DNA from: Candidatus Latescibacterota bacterium
GTDB taxonomy: Bacteria; Latescibacterota; UBA2968
NCBI GenBank assembly: GCA_965205975.1
Contig: OZ242195.1
Location: 96,001-160,000 of the forward strand
DNA: 64,000 bases
Direction of reading: 5' to 3'
Made by a program: the position numbers and the translations under genes. The notes beneath the pieces were generated by a model, which did no database searches, was not told the origin of the DNA, and worked only from the letters and a program-made list of their open reading frames with translations. This document shows positions 28,930-39,251 of the stretch, one piece after another (within the stretch, counting starts at the first letter, position 1; each line of letters starts with the position of its first letter).

Positions 28930-29724
28930 TCAATATCTCTCATCGACCAGCCACGCGCTTTTGGGATTTTTTTCCCAGTGTTGGCGCAATACCTGTTCGT
29001 TTGGACAAAATTCACCGCGATAGGCGACGCCACCATGAGAAATATTAAAGCTCATGGCGACTTCATCTTCGCCGGCATCAACCCAGTGGGGCGTCAATAA
29101 CTGGTTCCACAGCAAATCGCCGGGTTGCATGTCATAGGTCAAAATATCTGTCGGATCTGTTTGGGGGATATCAATGCGCGTAACACCCGTTCGATTTTCC
29201 ACGAGTTTCTGAACAGGCTCGCGCTTTTCAGGTTCTAAAAATCCGTGGAAGTGTTTTTCTCCATAAACTTGCCACGCGAGTACATGCGAAGAATCTGCGT
29301 GATAGGTCGAGCTGCACCCTTTTCCAGAGATAAATATAATGGGATAACATCTTTGCCACGTAAACCCGAGTTGAGACAGGAATGTGCGCCAGGGAATCAT
29401 CACACATTCTTGAAAGTATTCGAGAAATTGCCCTGCACCATAAAAATTTTGCAAATGAAAATGCGCCAGACTAATCGGCATTTCGACGGCTTTTTCTATG
29501 GGTGCAGTCTTAAATTTCTCGACCAGAGCATTTTGCTCTGCATCGCTCAAGTTGTCATCTAAAAACTGAATACGGGCCTCGGAATCACGCCGCAAAATAT
29601 CTATGACCTTTTCGACGGGCGCGAGTGGCATTTCAAATTTGAACAACTCGGAATCAATAAGAAAATTGTGCTCGCCATTCCAAAGTTGGCGAAAATCGTC
29701 CGCTGTCCTGGCAATCAGGTGCAT
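28930..29724 (-). CDS. JmjC/cupin-like putative Fe/2OG oxygenase
   Basis: YHAD...QVYGEK...PGDLL...PHWV facial-triad pattern. Confidence 0.7.
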   Translation of the reverse strand: MHLIARTADDFRQLWNGEHNFLIDSELFKFEMPLAPVEKVIDILRRDSEARIQFLDDNLSDAEQNALVEKFKTAPIEKAVEMPISLAHFHLQNFYGAGQFLEYFQECVMIPWRTFLSQLGFTWQRCYPIIFISGKGCSSTYHADSSHVLAWQVYGEKHFHGFLEPEKREPVQKLVENRTGVTRIDIPQTDPTDILTYDMQPGDLLWNQLLTPHWVDAGEDEVAMSFNISHGGVAYRGEFCPNEQVLRQHWEKNPKSAWLVDERY

Positions 29725-29896
29725 TGTTTACCTCAGTGGTTAGTGGTCAGCCCGGTCCCAGGCCCCTTGCCTCTCTAACATACATCATCCCCCAAAGAGA
29801 TTCAAGCGATCAAGACAGGGCGGGATGAAGTTACTTGACAGTAAATTTTCTTGCATTCATTATGTACTATCAATTTCCACATATAGGAGGCCGAAG

Positions 29897-31120
29897 ATGA
29901 AAATCACCGATATTGAAGCCATTCCGATTGCGATGCCATTGGCAAAACGCTATGACAACCACCACGGGCGCACGCGTATGTATGATATCGATCAGCATGT
30001 GGTGGTCAAAATCCATACGGATAACGGCTTGATTGGCTATGGCGATTACGAAGACCGTTCTGCGATTGCGTCCGAGGAAATAGAGCCGTTGATCGGCCGC
30101 AATCCCTTTGACTTTTTGCACAATAATTTCAATATGGCTCTTGGCATGGCACTCTACGATGTCATGGGCAAATACCTCGAAGTGCCTGCCTATAAGCTCC
30201 TGGGGCAAAAGGTGAGAGATGCCGTGCCTGCGGCGGCATGGACGCGGCCCTGTTCACCCGAAGTGTTTGCCGGAGAAATCCAGCGCGCTGCCGACCAGGG
30301 GTATCGCATTTTCAAGATGCATTCCGACGCGCGATATGATGTTATTGCACAAACGCGGGCCGCTGCCGAGGTCGCGCCAGAGGGCTTTAAACTCCACTGG
30401 GACTTTAATCACAACCGCACAATGGGTGTTGTGCTTCCCATTGTTGCTGAACTCGAACGCAATTATCCGGTGGTCGGTTTTATCGAAGACCCGCTGCCCT
30501 GGGCCGATATTGATGGCTGGCGCACATTGAGACAAAAAACGCAACTGCCGCTTATCATGCACAATCCCCAACTCGGCGGCATGCAGGAAGTCCTGCACGG
30601 CACTGCTGATATTTATATGATTGGTGGTCGCATTGGCGATACTATGCGAAAGGGATTTGCGTACGGTCAGGCCAATATCCAGACGCTTCTGCAGCAATCG
30701 GGCAATACCCTCATGAAAGCTTTTACGTTGCATCAGGCGGCGGTCTTGCCCACGGCAACAGCGCATATTATCACCCTTGACGATCAATACGAAGACGATA
30801 TTACCACGTCGCAACTGCTACCGACTGAAGGTTTTTGCCGTGTACCCGAAGGTGCGGGGCTCGGTGTTGAGGTCGATGAAGAGAAACTCAAGCAGGCCGC
30901 CCAACGCACACATATTCCCAAACTCGATGTCATTGGTGTGCTCCACCTGCCTTACGGACGCAAGTATTATACCCGTGGCGAACCCAATGTTACAAATCTT
31001 ACTGGTTTTGAAGAAGGCGCATTGCGGGGTATCCATTGCGAACGCCTCGTCAGAGGCGAATCTCCCGACTTTGAGCGCGTTCAAAAGCGGCTCGAAGAGG
31101 AGGGGCCATTTGTGGAGTAA
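29897..31120 (+). CDS. Mandelate racemase/muconate lactonizing enzyme family
   Basis: MKITDIE, TDNGLIGYG, ALYDVMGK, IEDP and GLGVE; GGAGG RBS. Confidence 0.88.
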   Translation: MKITDIEAIPIAMPLAKRYDNHHGRTRMYDIDQHVVVKIHTDNGLIGYGDYEDRSAIASEEIEPLIGRNPFDFLHNNFNMALGMALYDVMGKYLEVPAYKLLGQKVRDAVPAAAWTRPCSPEVFAGEIQRAADQGYRIFKMHSDARYDVIAQTRAAAEVAPEGFKLHWDFNHNRTMGVVLPIVAELERNYPVVGFIEDPLPWADIDGWRTLRQKTQLPLIMHNPQLGGMQEVLHGTADIYMIGGRIGDTMRKGFAYGQANIQTLLQQSGNTLMKAFTLHQAAVLPTATAHIITLDDQYEDDITTSQLLPTEGFCRVPEGAGLGVEVDEEKLKQAAQRTHIPKLDVIGVLHLPYGRKYYTRGEPNVTNLTGFEEGALRGIHCERLVRGESPDFERVQKRLEEEGPFVE

Positions 31121-31126
31121 AAAAGA

Positions 31127-31158
31127 AACAGGACATCTCTGTAGTGAAATGTCCTGTT
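31127..31158. terminator. Hairpin between convergent genes
   Basis: AACAGGACAT-N12-ATGTCCTGTT with a flanking A tract. Confidence 0.7.
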
Positions 31159-31183
31159 GTGTTGCGGGCTGTATTATGCAATT

Positions 31184-32629
31184 TTAAAAGAATCGATCTG
31201 TATCGCGAGGTGGCGTGGTGACGAAAGATACGAGGATGAGAATGAGCGCGGAAACAGGGACGATAATGCCAGCGGGGATTAAGCCGGTTCCGCCAATACT
31301 GTACGCGCCTTCTACATTCAGGGAATCTGCATAAAAAAATAACCACAGACCAATTACACTCAAGATTGCCGCGGTTGCGCCCTGCTTTGTGCTGCGTTTC
31401 CAGTATAGTGCGCCGACAAATACAGGTACCAGTCCCGCGAAACCCGTGAGTGACCAGGCGCCGAGTTCAAAGATTGACCGCGTTGTAAATAGCGATGCGA
31501 CAAAGGCCAGGACGAGGAATGCAGCGACAAATAGACGCCCGAACAAAATCTGCTGTTTTTCGGACAACTGGTTGTCAAAACCGTAAAATCGCACAATATC
31601 TTCAGTAAACATCGCGCCCAGGGCAAGGGTTTGAGAGTCGAGCGAAGACATAATTGCCGCAAAAACACCTGCCGCCAGGCATCCTGCCAGCACGCCGCCC
31701 GTATGTGCCAGAATTAATTCAATCAAAATGGGACCGTTCAGTGGTGCTGTAAAATCAATGCGACCGACCATTCCCAGGGTGACGCTGGGTACCCACACGG
31801 CGGCGATACACAGGGGATAGAATACTATGGGCGTTTGAAATGACCGCGCAGTTCGCGCAGAGAGCCAATGGCCGTAAATATGGGGAAATGCAGCGACACT
31901 GATGGGTAGCATGAGATAGGAGAGTATTTTGAATACGGTGTAAGAGCCGCTGCCAAAAACCACAAATTCGGGGTGCGTATCGCGTAGCGTTGCCATAGCC
32001 TCGCCGATCCCGCCGTAGTGATCCATAATGACGAGATAGGCAATGATGCCGACGAGAATAAATACCGTTGTTTGAAAGGTATTTGCCCAGGCTGTACTTC
32101 GCATCCCGCCATAGGTTACGTACAAAAATGTTACGCCACATACGAGCAGACTGCCAGCCCAACTCGGCCACTCACCGCGCGTGATTGCCGCGAGTGCATC
32201 ACCGCCACCTTTGACTCCTATCAGGATGTAGGGTAGCATCAACAATACTACGACGGCAAATAAGAGCGTTCCCAGTGCTGGGGATGCATAGCGGTCCCGG
32301 ATCATCTGGATTTGGGTGACATAGGAAAATCGTTTGCCCAACCACCAGCTTTTTGTGCCGAGATAATAAAAGAGAAATGGTATCAGAATAGACGAACTCG
32401 CGCCCATCAGGCCGAAAACGACAATCCCCAGACGATAGGCTTCTCCAGATGCGCCCAGCATTGTAAATGCAGTGAGATTGGTGCCCAGCAGTGTCATCAG
32501 CAGGACCACAGGACCAATGGTTCGGCTTGCGACAAAGTAATCTTCTGCGGTATTGCGAAACAGCCGGTGCCCCAGGGTGCCGACCACTATAACCAGCCCC
32601 AGATAAATTGCGACAACCGCAATAATCAT
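31184..32629 (-). CDS. Sodium:solute symporter family
   Basis: DYFVASR, GGMR..AW and AAIMSSLDSQ; many TM segments; start overlaps the upstream small ORF. Confidence 0.92.
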   Translation of the reverse strand: MIIAVVAIYLGLVIVVGTLGHRLFRNTAEDYFVASRTIGPVVLLMTLLGTNLTAFTMLGASGEAYRLGIVVFGLMGASSSILIPFLFYYLGTKSWWLGKRFSYVTQIQMIRDRYASPALGTLLFAVVVLLMLPYILIGVKGGGDALAAITRGEWPSWAGSLLVCGVTFLYVTYGGMRSTAWANTFQTTVFILVGIIAYLVIMDHYGGIGEAMATLRDTHPEFVVFGSGSYTVFKILSYLMLPISVAAFPHIYGHWLSARTARSFQTPIVFYPLCIAAVWVPSVTLGMVGRIDFTAPLNGPILIELILAHTGGVLAGCLAAGVFAAIMSSLDSQTLALGAMFTEDIVRFYGFDNQLSEKQQILFGRLFVAAFLVLAFVASLFTTRSIFELGAWSLTGFAGLVPVFVGALYWKRSTKQGATAAILSVIGLWLFFYADSLNVEGAYSIGGTGLIPAGIIVPVSALILILVSFVTTPPRDTDRFF

Positions 32630-32841
32630 TCCGCATCCTCCGCATCTAAATGATGAGGCCAGGCCAGGCGCACTATTACGAGCATAGAGAGTGTGGTCAG
32701 GACGCACAGGCCGATGTGGTAAAGCAAATTGATCGGCAATCCCAGGATTAGTGTGTCGTTATCCCACATCCAGACATTAAAAAATAATATCAGCAGAACG
32801 AGCAAAACACTCAGGGGCCAGATTTTTGTCTGTTGTGACAT
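32626..32841 (-). CDS. Small 2-TM symporter accessory protein (DUF3311-like)
   Basis: 71 aa with W.W...ILGLP motif, coupled to the SSS gene. Confidence 0.75.
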   Translation of the reverse strand: MSQQTKIWPLSVLLVLLILFFNVWMWDNDTLILGLPINLLYHIGLCVLTTLSMLVIVRLAWPHHLDAEDAE

Positions 32842-32869
32842 GGATTTTTCCTTTTTGTTTTGCTCGGGA

Positions 32870-33841
32870 TTACGGCCTTTGCGTGCCTTTGGCTTCGAGG
32901 TACACTGAGTACAAACACATGCCGCCTGTCATGAAGAGGCGGTTTTTCTTTTGTCCGCCAAAGCAGAGGTTGGAACACACTTCGGGCAGGTGAATTTTGC
33001 CAATGAGGTCGCCATCGGGTGCGAAAATTTTGACGCCGTTATCTTCGGGGTTACCCCAGCCCGAACTGCTCCACAGGTTGCCGTCAATGTCGCAGCGAAT
33101 CCCATCGGCAAATCCGGGTGCCATATCGGCAAAGATGCGACTGTTTTTGAGGTGGCCATTTTCCACGTCAAATGCGCGAATATGTGCGGGGCCTCCCAGT
33201 CCATGAGAGGACCCGGTATCGGTGATGTAGAGAATTTTTTCGTCGGGTGAGAAACACAGCCCGTTGGGGCGCACAAAATCGTCGGCAACGACTGTGGCAT
33301 TTCCAGTGTTGGGATCGAGACGATAGACGTTGGTGGGCAACTCGCTTTCGGCAATGTTGCCTTCGTAGTCGAGCATGATGCCGTATCCCGGATCGGTGAA
33401 CCATATACTGCCATCGGAATGCGAGGTGACGTCATTGGGGGCGTTGAGAGGTTTGCCCTCAAAGCTGTCGATGAGTACGGTGATGGTTCCGTCGTATTCG
33501 GTGCGCGTGACGCGCCGCGTGCCGTGTTCACAGGTAATCAGGCGGCCTGCTTGGTCACGGGTGTGACCATTGCAATAATTGGAAGGTTGACGATAGACGC
33601 TGAGGCTGCCATCGCTTTCGTTCCAGCGCATGATGCGATTGTTGGGTATGTCGCTGAAGAGCACACAACGCGCGTCTCCAAACCACACCGGGCCTTCACC
33701 CCAGCGCAGGCCAGTACAGAGACGCTCGACCGCGGCGTTGCCAATGGCGTATTTTTCAAAGCGTGTGTCCAGAATTTCAATGGCGGGATCGGGATAGGGA
33801 ACAGGGCTGCCGTCCCAGGGACGGGTTTTCCAATCGGACAT
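32870..33841 (-). CDS. SMP-30/gluconolactonase family
   Basis: GEGPVW, FSDIP, APND, PNGLCFSPD and ADGIRCD motifs. Confidence 0.92.
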   Translation of the reverse strand: MSDWKTRPWDGSPVPYPDPAIEILDTRFEKYAIGNAAVERLCTGLRWGEGPVWFGDARCVLFSDIPNNRIMRWNESDGSLSVYRQPSNYCNGHTRDQAGRLITCEHGTRRVTRTEYDGTITVLIDSFEGKPLNAPNDVTSHSDGSIWFTDPGYGIMLDYEGNIAESELPTNVYRLDPNTGNATVVADDFVRPNGLCFSPDEKILYITDTGSSHGLGGPAHIRAFDVENGHLKNSRIFADMAPGFADGIRCDIDGNLWSSSGWGNPEDNGVKIFAPDGDLIGKIHLPEVCSNLCFGGQKKNRLFMTGGMCLYSVYLEAKGTQRP

Positions 33842-33856
33842 TTTTTTATCGTGCCT

Positions 33857-34609
33857 CTATTGTCGCTTCAGCGAAAATTCTATCGGCATAAACATCCAGA
33901 CTTTGCGGCGTTCTCCCTGGTGTTTGCCGGGGCGGAATCGATATTGTCGCGCTGCCTCTAATGCCGCTTCTTTGAAAATTTCCGGGCCGTGTACAAACTG
34001 GACATCTTCTACGTTGCCTACCTTGTCAACCAGCACTTTGACCATGGCTTTGCCTTCGAGGCCCTTTTTTCGCGCTTCAGCGGGATATTCCGGCACGACA
34101 ATTCGACTTGGATGTGGTTTGTAGTCAATCTCAGTATAGTCGAGCGGTTCGTCTAAGTCTATCCCCTTTGTCATCGCCAAATTGGGAATAAATATTTTGT
34201 CGAGGTCCAGTTCAGTTGATTCAATTGTCACATCTTCCGGCACCTCGTCGCCTTCAACTGCCAGGGGCACTTGGGGGCGTGGGGGAGGTGGCGGGCGTTT
34301 TTGTTGACTTGTTTCTGGAATATCAACTCTGAGAACCTGGGGAACGGATTGCGTCAGATGTACGGTGGGATGGTATTCTGGATAGAGAAAAACAATGGCG
34401 ATGAAGAGTATGAGATTCAACAGACTCGCGCGCATCATGTTCGGCCAGTAGGGCAGCTTCAAGTCAGCAGAAGGGGTTTTTGTGCGCGTTTCTATCTGAA
34501 CATCGCAGGGCTGGGCAGATAGTCTTTTTTGAAATTCGCGCTGCGCCTGGCGCGCCTGATAAATTTGACCACTTAACGTATTTCCAAATCTAATCTGGAC
34601 GAGGTTCAT
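33857..34609 (-). CDS. TonB-family energy transducer
   Basis: One TM segment, Pro-rich linker, and TonB-C domain PEYPAEARKKGLEG...FRPG. Confidence 0.85.
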   Translation of the reverse strand: MNLVQIRFGNTLSGQIYQARQAQREFQKRLSAQPCDVQIETRTKTPSADLKLPYWPNMMRASLLNLILFIAIVFLYPEYHPTVHLTQSVPQVLRVDIPETSQQKRPPPPPRPQVPLAVEGDEVPEDVTIESTELDLDKIFIPNLAMTKGIDLDEPLDYTEIDYKPHPSRIVVPEYPAEARKKGLEGKAMVKVLVDKVGNVEDVQFVHGPEIFKEAALEAARQYRFRPGKHQGERRKVWMFMPIEFSLKRQ

Positions 34610-34836
34610 GCGTCTCCCGTTTAATAAACAATTTTGATCAGTCAGATATTCTTTAAATTTTCAACGAAGAATAAAGTTCCATTTCCAAGGATCAGAAGGG
34701 CAATAGAGGACAACAATTTATATGAGTCTGTGGCGTTTGTCCAGACGAATCCGTATCAAACCAGTTGTGTTTTGGAGCGATGGATTGTAATATAAAGAGG
34801 ATATTTGGGTTATGACAAAACTTATTGGAGGAAGCA

Positions 34837-35838
34837 ATGAATCGTCAGATTACGCTGGCCGCACGTCCTGAAGGATTTCCCGTACCGGAGGATTTTAAGC
34901 TTGTTGAAACGCCTATTCCAGAACCGGACGAAGGCGAAGTGTTGTCGAGAACGCTGTTTATGTCGGTTGATCCCTATATGCGCGGGCGGATGAATGATCG
35001 GGCATCGTATGCGGCAAATGTGCAAATTGGCGATGTGATGGTGGGAGGTACGGTGGGTGAGGTGGTTGCGTCGAATGATCCCGGTTTTGAAGTTGGCGAT
35101 ATTGTTCAGGCGCAAATTGGATGGCAGGCTTATGGCGTGTCTAAGGGATCGAATTTGCGCAAGGTCAATCCAGATCTCGCACCTGTATCAACGGCTTTGG
35201 GGGTGTTGGGCATGCCGGGACTTACGGCGTACTTTGGATTGTTGGATGTTGGGCAGCCCAAAGAAGGCGAGACTGTGCTGGTGACGGGAGCTGCTGGTGC
35301 TGTGGGATCAATAGTAGGACAAATTGCCAAGATCGTGGGCTGTCGCGTTGTGGGTGTGGCGGGGTCGGATCAAAAGATCGCCCATGTGGTTGACGAGTTG
35401 GGTTTTGACGCCGCTTTCAATTACAAGGAGGTCGATGATTACAGTGCCGAATTGCAACGCCTTTGTCCCGATGGTATTGATGTATTTTTTGATAATGTGG
35501 GTGGCGCAGTTTCCGATGCGGCATTTCCCCTGATGAATGTGCGCGGTCGCATTTCAGTTTGCGGGCAAATATCTCAATACAATTTGACTGCTCCAGAACA
35601 AGGTCCGCGGATGATGTGGTATTTTATTTCGCAAAGATTGACGATGCGCGGTTTTCTGGTTTTTGACTTTGAAGACCAGCACGCCGAAGCTCTTAAGCAG
35701 ATGGCTATTTGGGTCAATGAAGGGCGGATTAAATACCGGGAAGATATCTGGGAGGGGTTGGAGAATGCGCCCGAGGCATTTATCGATATGATGCGGGGTG
35801 GTAATGTTGGGAAGCGCGTCGTAAAGGTGGCAGATTAA
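34837..35838 (+). CDS. NADP-dependent oxidoreductase (PTGR/CurA-like)
   Basis: SVDPYMRGRM, LGMPGLTAYFGL, GAAGAVG and FDNVGG motifs. Confidence 0.93.
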   Translation: MNRQITLAARPEGFPVPEDFKLVETPIPEPDEGEVLSRTLFMSVDPYMRGRMNDRASYAANVQIGDVMVGGTVGEVVASNDPGFEVGDIVQAQIGWQAYGVSKGSNLRKVNPDLAPVSTALGVLGMPGLTAYFGLLDVGQPKEGETVLVTGAAGAVGSIVGQIAKIVGCRVVGVAGSDQKIAHVVDELGFDAAFNYKEVDDYSAELQRLCPDGIDVFFDNVGGAVSDAAFPLMNVRGRISVCGQISQYNLTAPEQGPRMMWYFISQRLTMRGFLVFDFEDQHAEALKQMAIWVNEGRIKYREDIWEGLENAPEAFIDMMRGGNVGKRVVKVAD

Positions 35839-35872
35839 CTGCTGGCGCAGTTGTACACCGCTTGAGATAGAT

Positions 35873-36631
35873 ATGACAGATTATCAGGCCGAACATTTTC
35901 ATCGCAATGGATTCTTTTTTGTTCCAAATCCGTTGGGCGATGATGCTATATTTGAGATTGACCAACGCCAGCGCGCGGTTGAACCGGAGTGGTTAAAGGC
36001 CGAGTGGGCAGAGGGGTTTAACCGGGGGGCCTGTCAGTTTTTTATGGTGGGCGAGCCGTTGTTGCAGGCAGTGGAGCGCCCGGAATTTGTGGGTATGGCG
36101 CGGCGAATTTTGGGGTGTGAAGATGTGCATGTGGGCGCGTGCGGGTTGGGCGATGCGTCGAAGGTTGTGTCGGCAGATGGGCGTTTGCTTCAACAAGTCC
36201 ACTGGCACGCGGATGGGGGACCAGATGTACGGCAGGTGTCGATGCGTACGGCATTGGATAGACACGACCCATCCAATGCGCCGTTGCGCGTATTGCCCGG
36301 CACCCATGTCAGGTCCCGCGAGGAGGTCGAAGAAGAATTGCGACAGATCGAAATAGCGACCGGGCAGCACGATGAGATGCCCGAGTTGTTATTTGCCTCA
36401 CATCCCCGCGAAGTAGAAGTGATTCTGGATCCGCGATGGACGCTGGTGTGGACGCCGAGTTGCTGGCATGCGACGGGTGTGAAGACGGCAGCTGGTCCAA
36501 GGCGTGCGATGGCGTGGAATTATTTTCCGAGCGGTGGTCGCAAGCGGGATGTTGAGGCACTGAAGTACGTGATTGAAGGTTGGGAGGATTGGGCCGATGA
36601 TCGGAAGCGGTTATGGGGACTTGTGGCGTGA
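35873..36631 (+). CDS. Phytanoyl-CoA dioxygenase (PhyH)-family protein
   Basis: WHAD, LPGTH and WHA motifs. Confidence 0.82.
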   Translation: MTDYQAEHFHRNGFFFVPNPLGDDAIFEIDQRQRAVEPEWLKAEWAEGFNRGACQFFMVGEPLLQAVERPEFVGMARRILGCEDVHVGACGLGDASKVVSADGRLLQQVHWHADGGPDVRQVSMRTALDRHDPSNAPLRVLPGTHVRSREEVEEELRQIEIATGQHDEMPELLFASHPREVEVILDPRWTLVWTPSCWHATGVKTAAGPRRAMAWNYFPSGGRKRDVEALKYVIEGWEDWADDRKRLWGLVA

Positions 36632-36642
36632 GTGATCCGCTC

Positions 36643-37788
36643 TTATTTTTGGGATACAGTTATCAGCGCGCCGATGGCATATATTCCACCGCCAATGAGA
36701 AAAATCCAGTCCGATGGCAAATGTACTTGCTGTGTCATCCATCCGAGCACAGGGCCTGTTGCGGAGCCGAGGTCAGATGCTGTTACGTATCCGGCAACTG
36801 AACGCGAACCGCGCATTCCCGCCTCGGCGTGCATTACTACTGTTGCGCCAACACCGCATAAAAAAAATATCATCACGCACAAGATCAACAATCCCGTATT
36901 GGATGTGATTGATGCCGAGAACAGAGCTAATGTCCCGGTGCCAAAATAAATGGCTGCACTCCACCGCCGTCCCAACCGATCGCTGATATGGCCCAGAAAA
37001 GGACCACCGAGCGCGTCAGCAATCCACCGTGAAGATAGCAGCAGGCCGTTTAATGTGGCTACGCCGATGACCATACCCAACAGGTTCAGCGATGTGCCCA
37101 CGGTTTCGACGAGGACCACCCCCAGGGTGGACATTAAAATGCCCGGCCCAACGCACCCGATCACAAATCCGCAAATCATTAATTTGGGTACCCAGCCCGA
37201 GTCCTCGACGCCTTCTTTATTTATATTTTTTTCGAAAACAGCGCGTCGCGCGATCCATCCCAGGGGTGTTCCTATCAACGAGATGATGGCGAATAAAAAG
37301 AGTGTGAGTGTAAATCCAATGATGTCGTGAGCCAGCCCGCCTAAAAAATTGCCTCCCACCGACCCGAGGCGCGATACGCCGTTGTAAAATCCCATCCTTT
37401 GACCGATCATAGATGGCGGCGTGGTATCTACTACGGTCATCAAACCAATCTGACGTATAAATGACCAGGATAATCCCCATAGCATGCGCGCGATAAGCAA
37501 GATGGAAAAAGAGGTGACAATGCCGTAAACGGCAGTCAATACGGCTCCGAGAATCAGGGAACCTGTCATCAAAGCCGTCAGATTATAGCGCTGGCACAAT
37601 TTTTCGGCCAGGGTGTTCGTTATCAGTCGCACCCAGCGATTTACAGAGAGAATGATGCCGACCTGATAAGGCATCAACCCAATTTCGGCATAATGCGTTG
37701 GCAACACGGAGTACAGCATCTGGTCGCCCAGCAGTGAAAATGCCGTAGCCAATGCAATGAATACAACAGCGTGTGACGATTGCATCAT
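36643..37788 (-). CDS. MFS transporter
   Basis: Multiple TM segments; GHISDRLGRR motif. Confidence 0.9.
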   Translation of the reverse strand: MMQSSHAVVFIALATAFSLLGDQMLYSVLPTHYAEIGLMPYQVGIILSVNRWVRLITNTLAEKLCQRYNLTALMTGSLILGAVLTAVYGIVTSFSILLIARMLWGLSWSFIRQIGLMTVVDTTPPSMIGQRMGFYNGVSRLGSVGGNFLGGLAHDIIGFTLTLFLFAIISLIGTPLGWIARRAVFEKNINKEGVEDSGWVPKLMICGFVIGCVGPGILMSTLGVVLVETVGTSLNLLGMVIGVATLNGLLLSSRWIADALGGPFLGHISDRLGRRWSAAIYFGTGTLALFSASITSNTGLLILCVMIFFLCGVGATVVMHAEAGMRGSRSVAGYVTASDLGSATGPVLGWMTQQVHLPSDWIFLIGGGIYAIGALITVSQK

Positions 37789-38510
37789 GGATGATGTTCG
37801 ACATTTTCTCCGCGATGCTCGCCGTCGATAAATGCCTGCGTAAATGCCGTTACCTGTGTTATTGCATCTTCCACGAGTGCTGCACCGGCTTCTGCGGTGG
37901 CTTCCAGAGGTTCCTTATCTACTTGATCCTGCATTGCATCGTGGCGCACGTTTTCTGGCCACAGTGCCAGCGCGAATGCCGTTTCAAATTCCTGTGCGTG
38001 TCCCGGATAGCGTTTTGTTTTTAAATTTTGTTCGGCCACATCTTTTGACATGAGATCCCAGTAAGAAGTCCATTGCAGATTTACGTCGGGGCGGTCGATC
38101 TTGAAAAACAACCGCCATTGACCAAATATGCCCCGCAAGGGTGCTACATTGCCGCCGTGACCATTTAGCACAATGACATTTTTTACGCCATGGCGCACCA
38201 GGCTTTCGACTGCGTCGAATAACACGGCCAACCACGACCCGGGTTTGGCTGTCACGGTTCCTTTGTGTACCATGTGGTGTTCGGAGATGCCTACGGCCAT
38301 CGGTACATTGACAATTACCTGGGGATACAATCGTTTGGCGGCCTCCACCGCGACATGGGTTGACGAAGCGGTATCGTGCTCCATTGCCAGGTGCTCTAAA
38401 TGCTGCTCGTTGCTTCCCACCGGAATAATCGCCGTTTGAAATTCTCCGCGTTCCAGTGCTTCCCGAAATTCGCGTCGCGTCAATTTCGCCAGCAGAACTT
38501 GCTCGCTCAT
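37785..38510 (-). CDS. Creatininase/creatinine amidohydrolase family
   Basis: PVGSNEQH, SEHH, NGHGGN and HAQEFET motifs. Confidence 0.9.
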   Translation of the reverse strand: MSEQVLLAKLTRREFREALERGEFQTAIIPVGSNEQHLEHLAMEHDTASSTHVAVEAAKRLYPQVIVNVPMAVGISEHHMVHKGTVTAKPGSWLAVLFDAVESLVRHGVKNVIVLNGHGGNVAPLRGIFGQWRLFFKIDRPDVNLQWTSYWDLMSKDVAEQNLKTKRYPGHAQEFETAFALALWPENVRHDAMQDQVDKEPLEATAEAGAALVEDAITQVTAFTQAFIDGEHRGENVEHHP

Positions 38511-38530
38511 CGCGTTTCTCCTTGTGTTAA

Positions 38531-39244
38531 TTAATTTTGTGAATAATACTCCTCGGTCTGGTTAGATGATGCCTCTGTGCCATTTTGTGTCTGGATTAAG
38601 CCCCGCATCGCCCTGTACATGACATAAATCGAAATAGCTGCCCAAACAAATGCAATTGGATATGCCAATATCTCTATGCCGAAATACCGCGCCAATATTC
38701 CCGCATCGGTGCGTTCTGTCTGCATCCACAAATCCGTGCGAAAATCGTATAAACTGTACAAACACAGGACAATGCCTATCCACGTTGCCAACACATGGGA
38801 TAAACGATCAAATCGAATCGTTACGACAATCAGTACGAGACCGCAGGTCACGCCAAACCAAAAATCGAGTGTCCCAAATGGTGTGTACAGTACAGCCATT
38901 CCAATTTGCAGAACACCGATCAATCCGAGCAATATTCTTTGCGTGCCCAGCCATCGGCCCGTGTAAATCAACAATGCACCAAGAAAAGCCGATCCCACAT
39001 AACCCGCTGAACTGATGAGTGGAAATATTCCCCCTCGGCTGATCACATGCCCCGATTCATTCCACCGCACGCGCAGTTCCTCTACTTCTCCACCTGTTGC
39101 AATCGCCATGCTCGCATGGCCCATTTCGTGTATCCATACCACAAATACGCGAAAGGGTTTTATCACGGGTGTGTCCCACAATGCCAGCGCGACAACCGCC
39201 AATAGCAGATGCAGCCAGAATGTTCTTATTATGATCATTCCCAA
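38531..39244 (-). CDS. M50B-family membrane metallopeptidase
   Basis: HEMGH, SAGY and TDA motifs; hydrophobic; TTG start. Confidence 0.85.
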   Translation of the reverse strand: MGMIIIRTFWLHLLLAVVALALWDTPVIKPFRVFVVWIHEMGHASMAIATGGEVEELRVRWNESGHVISRGGIFPLISSAGYVGSAFLGALLIYTGRWLGTQRILLGLIGVLQIGMAVLYTPFGTLDFWFGVTCGLVLIVVTIRFDRLSHVLATWIGIVLCLYSLYDFRTDLWMQTERTDAGILARYFGIEILAYPIAFVWAAISIYVMYRAMRGLIQTQNGTEASSNQTEEYYSQN

Positions 39245-39251
39245 TGCAAAC